Shown: one piece after another, positions 47,501 through 60,931 of the stretch
How the letters are laid out: every line of letters starts with the position of its first letter
Numbering within the stretch: position 1 is the stretch's first letter
Source of the DNA: Azolla caroliniana
Taxonomy: Eukaryota > Plantae > Polypodiophyta
DNA: 64,000 bases
Assembly (NCBI GenBank): GCA_043228905.1
Contig: JBHGNT010000001.1
Span: forward strand, 24,800,001-24,864,000
Direction: 5' to 3'
The notes under the pieces: model-generated
Told to the model about the DNA's origin: nothing
What the model saw: only the letters and a program-made list of their open reading frames with translations
Databases searched by the model: none
Position numbers and translations under genes: made by a program

Positions 47501-50500
47501 GCATCCTTCGTTGTTGAAACAAACTCAATGCATGCCTTGCTCCACAATTTGGCCGACTGAGACCAAATTCTTTGTTATTGTGGGCACGTGCAAGACAATC
47601 TTGATGCAATTGTTTTGGCCGTTGTTGCCGAATGGAACATTGTCGATGTGCCGAATGGGATGTGTGGTGTTGTCTCCCGTCTCTATGATGCAGGATCAAT
47701 CCGACATTCTTAAGTCATGGAACCACTCTTGGTGTGACATCATATGATGTGAGGTGTCAGAGTCCACAAACCACATGTCTTCCGAGTTGGAGGTGATTGT
47801 GGAGTCGGAGGTTGTCATAGAGTTAACTCTATGTCTCATTAGGAATGCCACACCATAGTCATCGTATTCGGAGTTGGTGGCGTAATTTGTGAGTTGTCGG
47901 TTTGTCGAAGCCGACTCGTTTCTCCTTTTTCGGCACTCCTCGCGGTGGCTGATTTTGCCGCAATAGTTGCAAGTAATGGGCCATGTTTGCCAACCTTGTT
48001 CAACATGGAAGATCCCTCTTTTTCCCAAGGTTCCTCGATGGCTTCTGTCTTGTTTGACTTCCCTTCGTTTGATGGGTTGAATCAACCTCTTCTACTGCCT
48101 CGACCTCACCCTCCCTTCTACTGCCTCGACCTCCCTTCGTTTCTCCGGATAGGATATGGGGTACCTAGTGAGAACCGAAACGAAGAACCGGTGAGGACTG
48201 AAACCGGTAAGGAGACCGGCAAGAGCCGGATGAAGAAGGCCGGTGAGAGTCGGTGAGAAACGAACGAAGAGGACCGGTAAGAAGGATCCGGTAAGAACCG
48301 GATAAAGAAAACCGGCGAGAACTGGATGAAGTAGAACCGGCAAGAGCCGGATGAAAAAGGCCGGTGAGAGTCTCTCACCAGATCAAGAGACATATTTGTA
48401 AATAGAAGAAAGTATAAAATTATATATTACATGCATAGGGCAAGAATCGAACCTTGCACCTCCAAGTTAATAATGTTAAGCCTTATCATTATACTAGTGT
48501 ATTATGAATTTTAAAGTTATACTAAACTTTATCCCATGTAAAATTTCTAGACATGCATGGTACAAAAAGTTATTCATGCATAGACACTCGAGTAAAAAGA
48601 AAAGATGAGATAGAAAGCCCAATCTCCTTCTTCAATCTTCCGCGGTCGTAGTTAGTGCTTTGTGTCGAACCGGCTTTTATTCCGGAATCACGCTTCTTGT
48701 TGTCGGCGTATTGCTTCCGCTATGTCTTCCGGTCTTTCCTGCAGTTGTCGTATCCGGACTACTAGTAGTTCTTCCCGGCTCATCTCTTTCTTCCATGGTA
48801 GCATTGTCCATGTCGCGATTGCGGTTTCCGTCGGCATTACCGGTGCTTGTCCGGTCATAAGTTCTGCCGGCATGTAACCGGTTACGGAGCTATGCGTCGT
48901 CTGATCCGCCCATAGTGCATACGGAAGCATCTGCGGCCAATCCTTCACCCTTCCATCGCATGCCTTCGCAAGTGCTTTGACAATCGGACTATGTCCCCAT
49001 TCGATCTTCCCGTTGGCTTCCGGATTGTATGCCGTTGTCAGTGTTAACCGAACTCCATGTTTAGTGAAGAATTCCTTAGCTTTATCAGAGTCGAGTTCTC
49101 CTTGATCTGCAATCACTTGTCCTATGCACCCGTACCTGCAAAACACTTCTTCCAAAAGGAATTGGCATACCGTAGAACACGTTTTCCTCCGTAGCACCCG
49201 ACCTTCTACTTGGTTTGTGAGATCTTCCCGAGCTAACACCAAGTACTTCTTTTGTCCGATTCCGGTTGGCATGGCTACAATGTCGACCATCCATTTGAAG
49301 TTGATTGTCGGTGAGAATGTCGGATGTAACTCATCTCAGTGTCGAACTCCGGAGTAGATTTGACACTTCTCGCAGCTTCCCGCGAACTCCGCTATATCTT
49401 TGTACATGTTCTTCCACCAATATTTTTGTTTGATTTTCACAAAAGTTGCCCATGTTCCTCGATGTCCAGCCCAATCAGATTCGTGAAATTCGGACATTAT
49501 CCGGTTTCGTTGCTCTTTCGTCCCGACTACTCGAAGTGGTATGCCATCCGGTCTTTTCGACTCCCTCCATAGTAATCCATTTTTCAAGAAGAACTTTCGG
49601 ACTTGCCGTTTCTTACTTCAGATCTCGGCTCTCTTCTCTTTATTGTCCGATGATTCCTCGATTTCTTGTAGCATTTTTCCGATCAACAAGCTTTCTCCCT
49701 CGTATTCTGCTTCCCGGAATTCTTGGATTATGTCCACCCGGCATATGTGTTCCGAAGCAAAGTAGTCTTCGGGAACTTCTTCATTATCGGATTCGGTTAT
49801 GTCATCTCCGAACCGTGCCCTTGATAGCATATCCACTATAGCGTTGTCTTTTCCGGAGATGTGTCTTACCTCCGGATTAAGTGACTTAACATATGCAATC
49901 AATCTTAGCATAGCCACATCCGGTATCGTGCAACACCGCATCATCCCGAGTATCGGAAGACAATCCGTTTCGATCACTACCTCGGCTCAGATCAAATAAT
50001 CTTGATCCGATTTGATTGCGGAACTTACCGACTATGCGAGTTGGATGGAACGACGCTACGAGTGCCTATAGCCGGGAAACGGGTGAAGATTGACAAGAAG
50101 CGGACTAAAGAAGAACCCTATGTGATCCTAGACAAGACCGACAAGAAGGAGCAATTGGACGAAGATCCCGGTGATGCGGAAAGCGAGGAAAGTGGATTAC
50201 AACTCATAGTCGACTTAAGGGGAGAATTGGAGGAAGCTTCGGATGAAGGTGAATAACAAGCATCGGGGACTTCGGCACATACCGGAGGATGTGCGGGTTC
50301 GGAGGGGGCGAGTGTCGTAGTGTAATTCGCACACTACATGAAAAATTACATTTTTGGTTTCTCCGGATAGGATATGGAGTACATAGTGAGAACCGGAAGG
50401 AAGAACCGGTGAGGACAGAAACCGGTAAGGAGACCGGCAAGACCTGAATGAAGAAGGCCGGTGAGAGGTGGTGAGAAATGGACAAAGAGGACCGGTAAGA

Positions 50501-50649
50501 AGGATCCGGTAAGAACCGGATAAAGAAAACCGGTAAGAATCGGATGAAGCAGAACCGGCAAGAGCCGGATGAAGAAGGCCGGTGAGAGTCTCTCACCAGA
50601 TCAAGAGACATATTTGTAAATAGAAGAATGTATAAAATTATATATTACA

Positions 50650-50720
50650 TGCATAGGGCAAGAATCGAACCTTGCACCTCCATGTTAATAATGTTAAGCC
50701 TTATCATTATACTAGCGTAT
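50650..50720 (-). other. tRNA-like (Pol III A/B box) segment inside the LTR; second copy at 48432-48500
   Basis: TAGTATAATGATAAG (A-box-like) ~43 nt upstream of the hairpin GCAAG-GTTCGATT-CTTGC (B box); no convincing anticodon arm. Confidence 0.55.
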
Positions 50721-50877
50721 TATGAATTTTAAAGTTATACTAAACTTTATCCCATGTAAAATTTCTAGACAAGCATGGTACAAAAAGTTATTCATGCATA
50801 GACACTCGAGTAAAAAGAAAAGATTAGATAGAAAGCTAATCATGCAGATGCAGTGTGCATGAAAACTAAAAATAGGA

Positions 50878-51150
50878 AAAGCATGATGCTTGGATGTAAT
50901 AAACTTAGACTCTTCCAACACTATATAAGGAAGAGAGAAAGATGTATAGAGGTTGTTGATTATTTTACAAGGATTTTTGATCAATCTAATATATTCGTGG
51001 GATTCACGATTTTTTGGAAAAGCATGATGCTTGCATGTAATAAACTTAGACTCTTCCAACACTATATAAGGAAGAGAGAAAGATGTATAGAGGTTGTTGA
51101 TTATTTTACAAGGATTTTTGATCAATCTAATATATTTGTGGGATTCACGA
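50878..51150. repeat. ~142-bp tandem duplication within the LTR
   Basis: aaaagcatgatgcttg..gtaataaacttagactcttcc..gggattcacgatttttt occurs twice. Confidence 0.85.
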
Positions 51151-53299
51151 TTTTTTTATTTTTTTTTGCCATCTATTTCTCTCTTACATTCTAAGTATCA
51201 ATTAATACACTATACTCGTGGGATTCACGAGTTTCATATCTTCTTTCAAATATTTCTCTTTCTTGCAATCGATTCATAAGGAGCCTTATCTCATATTCTT
51301 CTTTCTCCTAGTCCAAAACCTCAGTGGTGCCCACCCGACTCACGCAACGATCCGGAGCCGAAAGGCACGACACAAGTGGTGAACCCTACGTGAACACGTG
51401 TGGCAAGGAGATGGAAAATCAACCGGAGGCTAACAACATGATGATGATGTTCGAGCGGATGCTTCAGGAACAACATGCGATGTCGGAGATAGCGGCGGCA
51501 GTAGAGCGGCTCGTGCAACGGATCGGGCAATTCAACGGAAAGGACGTATCATGCTATCTTCGGGACTACAAGGCGAAAATGCTACGGTGCAGGATTTCGG
51601 AAGGACTGCAAGTGGCATCCTTCAACCGGGTGGCTACCGACGGACTTCAAGCAAGTATCCACGGGCTACGAAAACAAAATCCGACATTGGAATGGTTTGA
51701 AGAGGCCCTAAAGACCACGTTCGCTATCGAGGACTCCTCCAAGGCAACGCGGAGAGGATTCGAGGATTGGGTAGAAACGCCGGACAAGGGGATGAAGGTC
51801 CCATGTAAAATTTCTAGACATGCATGGTACAAAAAGTTATTCATGCATAGACACTCGAGTAAAAAGAAAAGATGAGATAGAAAGCTAATCATGCACATCA
51901 GTGTGCATGAAAACTAAAAATAGGAAAAGCATGATGCTTTTACAAGGATTTTTTATCAATCTAATATATTCGTGGGATTCACGATATTTTTTTTTTTTTT
52001 TGCCATCTATTTCTCTCTTACATTCTAAGTATCAATTAATACACTATACTCGTGGGATTCACGAGTTTCATATCTTCTTTCAAATATTTCTCTTTCTTGA
52101 AATCGATTCATAAGGAGCCTTATCTCATATTCTTCTTTCTCCTAGTCCAAAACCTCAGTGGTGCCCACCTGACTCACGCAACGATCCAAAGCCGAAAGGC
52201 ACGACAGTGGTGAAAATTTTCTTTAAGTTTGCCCACACTTCTTTAGGCGTTTTGGCATCACGAATGTGGCGAAGCATGTGGTCGTGGACACATGTTGCCA
52301 ACCAATACATTACCCGACTCGCTCCTTGCTCCCGCGTTGGGTAGTTGGTGTTTGTGATGTCGGGTTTTGTTTCGAATGCGCCGGTGTTAGCCGACTAGGT
52401 ATTGGTTCATCTTGTACTCCCAAGATGAATAATTGCTCCCATCTGGCTTTTCACCAAATTATGTGATTAAGTTAAGCGGAAGATTAAGTGATATGTGTGT
52501 GTATGTGTGTGAGAGGAAAAGAGAGAGGAAGTTAACACTTATGAACAACGAGACAAGATGGGGGATGATTAACTATATTAAAAAGCATCATCAAATACAA
52601 AAATACCCACAATGAGGTATATATACATCTCATGTGCAAAGGTGCACATGTTTGAATAGAATATAAGTACAAAGGTGTAAGACCTATATTAAATGATCAT
52701 GGGAGTGGAGGATCTACAAGGTATCCCAGTGAAGTACAAAATCCTATTTAAGGCTTTAAGGTCAACACACTAACTAGATTCTATCTAGGTAACTACTCAG
52801 TTACGTATGTTGACTAACTAATTAAATCTAGTTGAGCTTGATATCTCAACATCCCTTAATTGGAAGGCCTAACTCCACCATTTATCATATACTAATATTC
52901 AATTCCTAACAACCGTTTGAACATGCAAGATGTTCTAAATGCTCGACTGATATCACATATTGCAAATCGAAATTGTGTTACCATTGCCCATTAACACATA
53001 ATCAGATTGCTTGGGTCTCTAGTCATGAAACGCATCTTTGTGACTTGTTATTTGCTTGGATGTGCACAGGTCAACAAACCACATATTATTCACTCTACTA
53101 GTGCTTGTCAACGTTGTGTTTTCCTCGTGATTCATTATCAACATTTCTCCACCATCACCTTTGTCAAAGTTAGAAGCTAGTTTCATGATTCACCAACTAT
53201 TGGTGGCAAAATCATCCTTTTTCTTGTAATAGTTCATGTTAATGTGGTCAAGCTTGTCATAATGTTAGTGTTCTTGTGAGGTCGGCCAAGGTTGTGCAG

Positions 53300-56200
53300 G
53301 AATCTGCTTACGAATCCCATTGAGTGCGCTATGTCTGGTCGAGTCGCGAGCATAACGTACATCAGAGAACCAACATCTAATGCATAAGGTACCGACTTCA
53401 TATAATCCCCCTCTAGACCAGATGTTGACAGTCTCTCTGCGATAGCCGAAGGTGGACTGGAAGTGGGGTCGAAGCAGATCGTGCCGATTGCATGTTGAAG
53501 TGCTCTAGGATTCTTCGGACATAGTCGTCCTGAGATAGAAACAATTGTCTTTGACCACGATGCCTACTAATCTTCAATCTAAGAATATGTCGAGTAAGAC
53601 CTTATTCCTTCATTGCGAACTTCAACTGCAATTCCCGAATAAGGTCGACAAACTCTTCGGCATTTCGGCTGGATAGCTGCATATCATCCACGTAGAGGAT
53701 GAGGAAGATGGACGACCCATCTTGTGTGTTTTTTGAATAGAGACAGTGGTCCTCATCACTCTTAGAAAATCCAATCGATTGGATGACTTTGTCGAATTTC
53801 CTTTACTGGCAGCGACGACTCCGAGTAAAAATCGAAGGGTTGTCATTTTCACCACTAGTGAAAAACTTTCATCAAAATCGATTCCATATTCTTGTTGGAA
53901 ACCCTTTGCTATTAACCTGATCTTATATTTGGGACTTGCTAAATCAGATGTGTCCTTGAGTCGAAAGACCCATCTGCATGGTAATGCACATCGATTCGTT
54001 GGTAGTTCAACTAGATCCCAAATGGAATTCATCTCTGATTCCATTGCTAATCGCTAGTTACTAGAATTGGCACTTGCCGAAGCTTCTTCATATGTCGTCA
54101 GCTCCCTAAATCAGTAAAGAAGAGGCCAGGAGAGTACCTCTCTAGAGGTTGTGACTATCTTTCGGATCGGCGTGCTAAGAGTGGGCTAGCCGGTTCAAAT
54201 ACGATTGTACTTTGTACATCCCTATTCCAAGTGTTGAGATGGGTTGAAGTCGAATCGGTTACACAATTCGACTCCGACGAATCGACACTGTTTAGCAGGG
54301 TTGAATTGGGTACTAAGGTTTCGGCTAGCCGTAAGCCGACCTTGTATTCTATGCCGAGCCATCAAGAAAATTCGACATGTCCGAAAAAATGACTCTTCTT
54401 AACTCAATCGGCCTTTCAGTCGCCTTGTGCATCTCCAACTCATTGAAGACGATGTTTGAACATCGGACGACTTGTCGAGTCTACGGGTCTTAGAATCGGT
54501 GGCCGAAATTGCCGTCAGGTTCATAACCTAAGAAAATACATTTTCTTGACCTTGGCTCTAGTTTTTGGTGTTCTTCTTTCAGCATCCGAAAATCTGCAAC
54601 TTAATGTAAACTAGTCTTTTGCAAGTCCAAAGTTCTTGCGGAATTTGAAGTCCAAGAGGCCTACTTAGCGACATATTGATAATGTGCACTACAATGAGTA
54701 ATGTCTTGGCCTAGAAGCCATCCTAACTTCCAACATGGGTGCAACATGGAAACAATTCTCTCCTAAATGATTCTACTCATGCACTTCGCAATTCCATTTT
54801 GCTCCGAACTATATGGAGCTGTAAATTCTCGTCTAATGCTGCATTGATGGCAAAATCTGACAAATTCGTCCGATTTATACTCTCTTTGATATTATCGGAC
54901 TATAGGCATTTCAGCTTTCCACTAGTTCGATTTTCCACCATTGCAAGCCATTCTGTGAAGATCATGAACACATGATCTTTGGTCTAAGCCAGATACGCCC
55001 ACACCTTTCGAGTCACGTCAACAATGAATGTGATCAAATAAGATGCACTACCAAGGGACTGATGTGGCATGGGGCCATAGACGTTTGAATGGACTAAATC
55101 GAGTGGACTCGACTCTCTTGGCTCTTTGGTCAGATGTGAAGCCATGGCTTGCTTGCTGTACTGGCAATGTTTGCAAAATTGATGGTCGGAGAAGGAGAGC
55201 TTAGGGATATAGCTGACTCTTTATAAATGTGAGATGTTAGCTTTGCTGAAGTGACCAAGTCGACCATGCCATAGGGATGACACGGAAATATCTACCAAGA
55301 ATTGGTCATCCTGTTTGAGTGTGACATATAATGGGTACAGTGAGTGTACCTTCGGCCCCTGAGCAAGTAGGAGGTTCCCTCTGTGCAGTGTTCACCCTCC
55401 TGACGAGAAGTTGGCACGAATGCCTAGGTCATCAAGTTGTCCCCCTGAAATAAGCGACCGTGTCAGCTCTAAGACGTGTCGTACGTTGTGTAGTACTAAA
55501 GTAGAACCATCCAAAGGTTAAGTTCTATTGTGCCGAAGCCGTCTACGGCACAATGATGTGAATTGCAAAATTGTGACTGATGAGGGGTCACATGAAAGGA
55601 GGCGCCCAAATTGAGAAGCTAGCTAGTGGCTTCCTTAGTCATATACAGAACTTCTAATTTAACCATGTTTTCAATCACCAAAATATTCAGTTCATCCAAA
55701 AGGGCTTCAGCCGAAGGGACGAAAATGGAAGGTGAGCCAACAAAATTTACTTCCTCTATTCGACTGCCTTTGTGCTCTAATTTCTAAACTTTTTTAATCA
55801 TGGCCTTGAGAGCATGGCATTTGGCTTTTATGTGTCCAGGCTTCTTGTAGTAATTGCATATTCGAGTATCCCTAGATTTGCTTTGACTTCTAGAGTTAGC
55901 CAATATTCGGGAAGAACTTCTTCCCCGATTGTTCGGTCAATCGGCCGAACTCTATACTATGTAAGCGTCCCTTGCTGACTCATGTACAGTCGTAGTCGAT
56001 ACGTTGTCGAGATATTACGCAAGTGCGTGTGGAATAGAGGCGGGACCGCGGGGGTCTCGAACCAAAGAGCAAGCGAGGGAGGAGAAAGAGAGAGAACCGG
56101 CTACGCAGGACCGGGGATACACAGGGACACGGCCCTTCAGCACGGAGAACGCGAACAGACACCGACACAGACGGATGCGAATGACTAAATATGTGTATTA

Positions 56201-56829
56201 ACAAAATGGCTAACACGACTACAACCCCCGATGGGGCACAGGTTGGTTGCAACCGAACAGGCCGGCGAACAGATGCCGATGCCTGTTCGCTTCGACGCAC
56301 AAACGGGGAAATGGGGGGGGGGTAGCAGGTCGGAGGTGCTGCCGGAAGCACTCGGGCGTTCCTCGAAACAGCGCGAGCCTCCCCGGAACCCTGCACAGAA
56401 AGCTTTGGAGCTCAAGAAGGAAGGAAACAGAGAGAGCGAAGCGTCCAGAAACGGTCCGACAGCACTTCGTCCTCTCCGCGCCCGATCCCTGCAACAGCTC
56501 TTTCCCGCTCCTTATATAGGCCGACGAACAGGCCGTCGTGTCAGCTTTATTCCCTGTCCCTTTTGGACAGGGATCCGCTCCGTTTTTCACGGATCCGCGT
56601 AGTTACGCCGCCGACTCGTACAGTTCGCGCGCGCGACCGAAAAGACTGTTCGCGCGGTCTTTGTCTCCACTTGAGTTAGGGCCCGTTCCTGCCGATTATC
56701 CTCTCAATTCGTTTCTATGTACAACTCGGAGCGTGCGCGCGTGAAGAACCGGTTCCCACGCCTTGGTGCGCCGATTCCGCCTATGGACGGTTTTCTTCAC
56801 GACAACGTTATAAACGGCCATGACGAATG
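53300..56829 (-). mobile_element. Decayed relative of the intact copia (gag to RT)
   Basis: MESEMNSIWDLVELPTNRCALPCRWVFRLKDTSD..PKYK..GFQQEYGIDF matches the 22672 ORF; gag is interrupted at 56005 and 56830. Confidence 0.85.
56005..56804 (-). mobile_element. Solo LTR of the tRNA-Trp gypsy group (800 bp)
   Basis: TGTCG...TTCTTCACGACA termini, as in 27569-28331; exact 4-bp TSD ACGT (56001-56004, 56805-56808). Confidence 0.9.
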
Positions 56830-57168
56830 TGTTAAATGAGGAAGCTCAAAGTGGGCCGGATTAGTTGAACAAGCCGAGAGCCGGATCGGGTGAAGACCGA
56901 TCGGCTAGGCCCGGATTGGATTGAAGAGCCAGATCAATGAGCCAGATCGATGAGTCGGATCCACAAGAACCGGTAGGCCGATAGAGGCCTACGATCGTAT
57001 CCTACTAGATAGACATATTTTTAGGAGTTAGTGTTAGTTGCTTTATGAGCATTGAAGTACATGTTAGTACTTTTGTCAGTCCTTTTAAGGACTAAGTATA
57101 AAAGTGCTCTCTGAGCACATTTGTTTGTACAAAGTTTTTGAGTCTTCTGTTCTCTCTGTCTCTCCCGC

Positions 57169-57215
<47 letters not shown>

Positions 57216-60200
57216 ATTGTTCTCTATGTTTACCGTTCTCTGTTGTAATCCGATTGAGTCGGTTGTGTCTATGTAGCTTCCGCACATTATTCTTTACATG
57301 GTATTAGAGCACGAAGGTCAAGAATCCTCTGTTGCCGACAAATGCTCAAACACAGACAAACCCTAACACTTAGTTGAGAACAGAAAAGAAGAAGAAAATG
57401 GACAGAGGAATGGCTAGCTTGATTATGATGGAAAAGCTCGACAGGAGCAACTACGCATCTTGGTCCTACAAGATGCACCAGTACCTGCTAGGGCATGGCT
57501 ACTAGAGTTATGTGGAAGGAGTGAACGAAGTACCACCAGATTTGGCACACAAAGATTTTTCGGTGTGGGAGCAAGCAACAAACAGAGTTGTGTACTCTCT
57601 TGCATCTTGTGTGCACGATCAGATGCTAGGCTACATTTGGGATGCGAAGACACGGAAGGAGGCATTGGAAAATCTGAAAAAGATTTTCACTGCAAGTACT
57701 AGGGACTGGAAGTTGCAGCTCTAGCAAGAGCTGAACAATATCTAACAGAGGGATATGATGGCGACCGACTACATCACAAAGATCAAGGAGATCTACGACG
57801 CCTTGGGATCCATCAATGTGACGGTGGATGAGATGGTACAGATTTGCCTCGGTGTTCTAGCATAAAGGTTCGGACCGATCCAGATGACTATTTGCACATG
57901 GGAGAAGCCACTATCATTTTTAGACCTACAATGAATGCTTTTGGTCTAAGAAAACCACGCGGTTGCATCAAGGAGCACGCAATCCAAAACCTAGATGTTG
58001 TGCACGGAGGTAGATAGGCCATGTTCGTGACAGATGAGGTGCATCGGCATGCAATGCTAGTTGCTGACAAGAGCAGAATCAATGGCATGATCAACATACC
58101 GACAACAGTTTCAGACCCTCCACAAGCAAGGGGAGTCAAGGCAGTGCCAAAAAGCAGCAAGCAAAGGCTGAAATGGAATGTTGGTATTGTGCTTGGAAGG
58201 GCCATAGAGAGAGCGAGTGCTGGAAGAAGCACACCGATTCGGACAAATCCGGATCCGGCAGAGCCGAACATGGAAATCGGCAGCGTTCGCACTAGCTGAA
58301 GGGTCTGAAGGACCCAAAACCGGTAAGGCCTAGCCTTTATGATGAAGCAGAAGGCAAATTCGATGAAGAAGAGCACCTGGAAACTGAACGAGATGTGGTA
58401 CGTCGACTCTGGAGCATCAAATCACATGACGAGCCATGAAGAGTGGTTTTCATACTTGGAGAAATTGGAACAATCATGAGTCTTTGAAACCTGTGATGAC
58501 ACCGCGCATCCGATCGATCATGTTGATGAAGTCCCCCTGAGTCATGTTGGACAGAAGGGGAGACTTACGAACGTATTGCACGTCCCGACGATCACGAAGA
58601 ACTTGGTGTCGGTTGAAAAGATTGTCGACCAATGGATGCAGGTCTGGTTCACAGACCTCGGGTGCTTCGTCGAAGAAGAAGGCTAGATCATCACGTAAGG
58701 GCGTCGGGAAGGGAGGATGTTCATCCTCGGCACAAACGACGTCGGAACCAGCTAAAGGGAAAAAAGTCGATTAAGATATCGACTTGTGGCACAACGGATT
58801 TGCCATGTCAAATAACAAAGGCTGCAAGAACTACAATCGAAACAAGTCTAGTAGCTCGAAGGCCCAAGTATGTAAAGCCTGCGAGTTAGTGAAGCAACAC
58901 TGACTTCCAGTCCCCAACAAGCGAAATCGGTGCTGGAACAAGCTCGATCTAATACATTCGGACGTATGGGGATAGGCAGAGAATGTGAGTCGTGGCGGGA
59001 GTCGATACTCGTCCCCTTCATCGACGATTACATCCAAGACACATGGCTCTACCTGATTGAAAAGAAGAGTGAAGTCTTCGATTGTTCTAGAACCTAAAAA
59101 GCCTTGTCGAAAGGGAAACAAATCGGAAGATCAAGTGTCTGCGGTCGGATGGCGGAAAGAATACTTTTTTGGCCAATTCAACTGTTGTCTACAACAGATG
59201 GGAATTCTACGAGAATTCAGTTGTAGATATATACCAGAACAAAACGGCGTAGCCAAAAGAAAGAATCAGTTGATTGTGGAAGCAACACGGGCAATTCTAG
59301 AGGAGAAGAGCATCCCAACTTGTACTGGGCCGACACAGTTCGGACAACAATCTACATCCAGAATCGGATCAGAGAGAAGGTATCGGCACACGAGTTGTAT
59401 TTCGAACGGAAGCCGAACTTGAGACACTTGAGGGTATTCGACAACATTGCCTATGTGCATGTGCCGGATGAGAAGCCTTATATACTTGACTATCAGCCGA
59501 CCCAATCTTAGTTATTTGGTTGAGGTGATTAATCAGTTCATGTAGCGACCGATAGTTGAGCATCTTCAGTGCGCACATTGCCTAATGAGATATGTGAACA
59601 TCATGAAGGATCGAGGACTCTTGTATCGGTACGGGATAACCAAACAGTTAGTTCGTTGTCTGGATGTCGACTAGGCCCGAGATGCGACAGATCAACGGTC
59701 GACATCAGGTTTTATGTTTCCTCTCGATAGTGTGGCTATAGCCTAGAGCAACAAGAAGTTGCCGACAATGGCCTTGTCAAGCACCAAAGCTGAATATCAA
59801 AGCTCCATTGTCACAACCTGTGAGGCTATATGGCTTTGGCGGTTGTTGCAGGACTAACGGGTCGAAGTTCCTACTCTGATTCCGATCTACTGTGATAATA
59901 TCAGTAGCATGCAGGTGGCAAAGAACCCCATTTTCCATGCTTGCACAAAGCACATAGAAGTGCATTATCATTTCGTATGTGAGCGAGGCTTGAGCGGTGA
60001 AGTCGAACTACGGTATGTTCGAACTGATCGGCAGGTTACCGACATGTTGCCGACATCTTCACGAAGGCGCTCGGATCAGACAAGTTGTAGCACTTCTCGG
60101 AGATGCTTGAACTATAGCACCTCGATGTGCCACACTTGAGGGGGACAACATGTAGAGAAAAAAGGGGAGAGCAAGAGGAGAAAGCCGAAACCGAACAAGA

Positions 60201-60931
60201 GGTTGAAACATCCGGTGAAGCCGGAGTAGGTGGCAAAGGCAGTAGAGTCAAGAAGGACAATGACGACCTGAAGAAAAAGGCTAGGACCAAAACATGGTCG
60301 GATGTGGTCAAGGGCTTAAAGATGGATGATGAATCAAAGCCAACCCATTCGGTCGAGTGGTTCGATTCGGACGAGCCGAATCACATGAAGGCCGAGCGGA
60401 CGAGATGGCGGCTAAAATCGACACCGACACGGAGGAGCCGATGGGTCGAGAAACGCCAATACCGCAACAACAAGTAAGCTAAGATGGGCCTGATGAGCAA
60501 ACATGCCGACCGAGAAGGTTGAGATGAGCGGGGTCGGGCAGGTCAAGGAGAGCGAGCAAGGCGAGAAGACGCCAGGAGGATCTAGAGATAAGGACTAGTG
60601 GATGTGGACACAAAAGACTGACCTCAAGTTGAACTTGAGGGGGAGTGTTTAGGGAGCAAGCTCAATGTGGGCCCGATCGGCTGAACAAACTGAGAGCCGG
60701 ATAGGGTGAAGACCGATCAGCTAGACCCGGATCGGATCGAAGAGCTAGATCAGTGAGCCGGATCCACGAGAGCCGATAGGTCGTTAGAGGCCTACGATCC
60801 TAGCCTAGTAGATAGGTATATTTTTAGGAATCAGTGTGAGTCGCTCAGTTATGAGCATTGAAGTACATGTCAGTACTTCTGTCGGTCCTTTAAAGGACTT
60901 GTATAAAAGTGCTCTCGAAGCACATTTGTTT
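56830..60931 (+). mobile_element. Decayed copia family X with most of RT deleted (5' LTR 56830-57298, PBS 57299-57310, 3' LTR from 60646, interrupted)
   Basis: gag, WYVDSGASNHM and INT, then a jump at ~59475 to the RT end; TKHIEVHYHF; extension KARTKTWSDVVKGLK; PPT GAGGGGGAG. Confidence 0.85.

Larger units (their letters stand above)
48140..52206. mobile_element. Rearranged tRNA-Trp-primed gypsy: partial LTR(+), inverted RH-INT(-), INT tail(+), PPT, full LTR 50313-51372, PBS 51377-51394, gag fragment, partial LTR
   Basis: RH: VIETDCLP..HISGKDNAIVDMLSR. INT: HESDWAGHRG..YWWKNMYKDI..CEKCQ; MVDIVAMP..REDLT..AYNPEANGKIE. Plus strand GTYRLCELDG. PBS TGGTGAACCCTACGTGAA. Gag IGQFNGKDVSCYL. Confidence 0.85.
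45517..52851 (-). mobile_element. Copia element lacking RT/RH (LTRs ~45517-45879 and ~52462-52851), interrupted by a rearranged gypsy
   Basis: Near-identical LTRs; PPT TTGAGGGGGCG; WFVDSDTSHHM; HTPKQNGVTERK; KSEKCILVGYS; no RT motifs between the INT linker and PPT; TSD not identified. Confidence 0.8.

Noticed and set aside
48170-48380. ACCGG-rich periodic repeats (also 50390-50600) looking like a repeat-spacer array
   Set aside because: Degenerate LTR U3 repeats with no constant repeat or unique spacers; eukaryotic context; not CRISPR.
50650-50720. Functional tRNA gene
   Set aside because: No credible acceptor or anticodon stems; kept only as a tRNA-like cassette.
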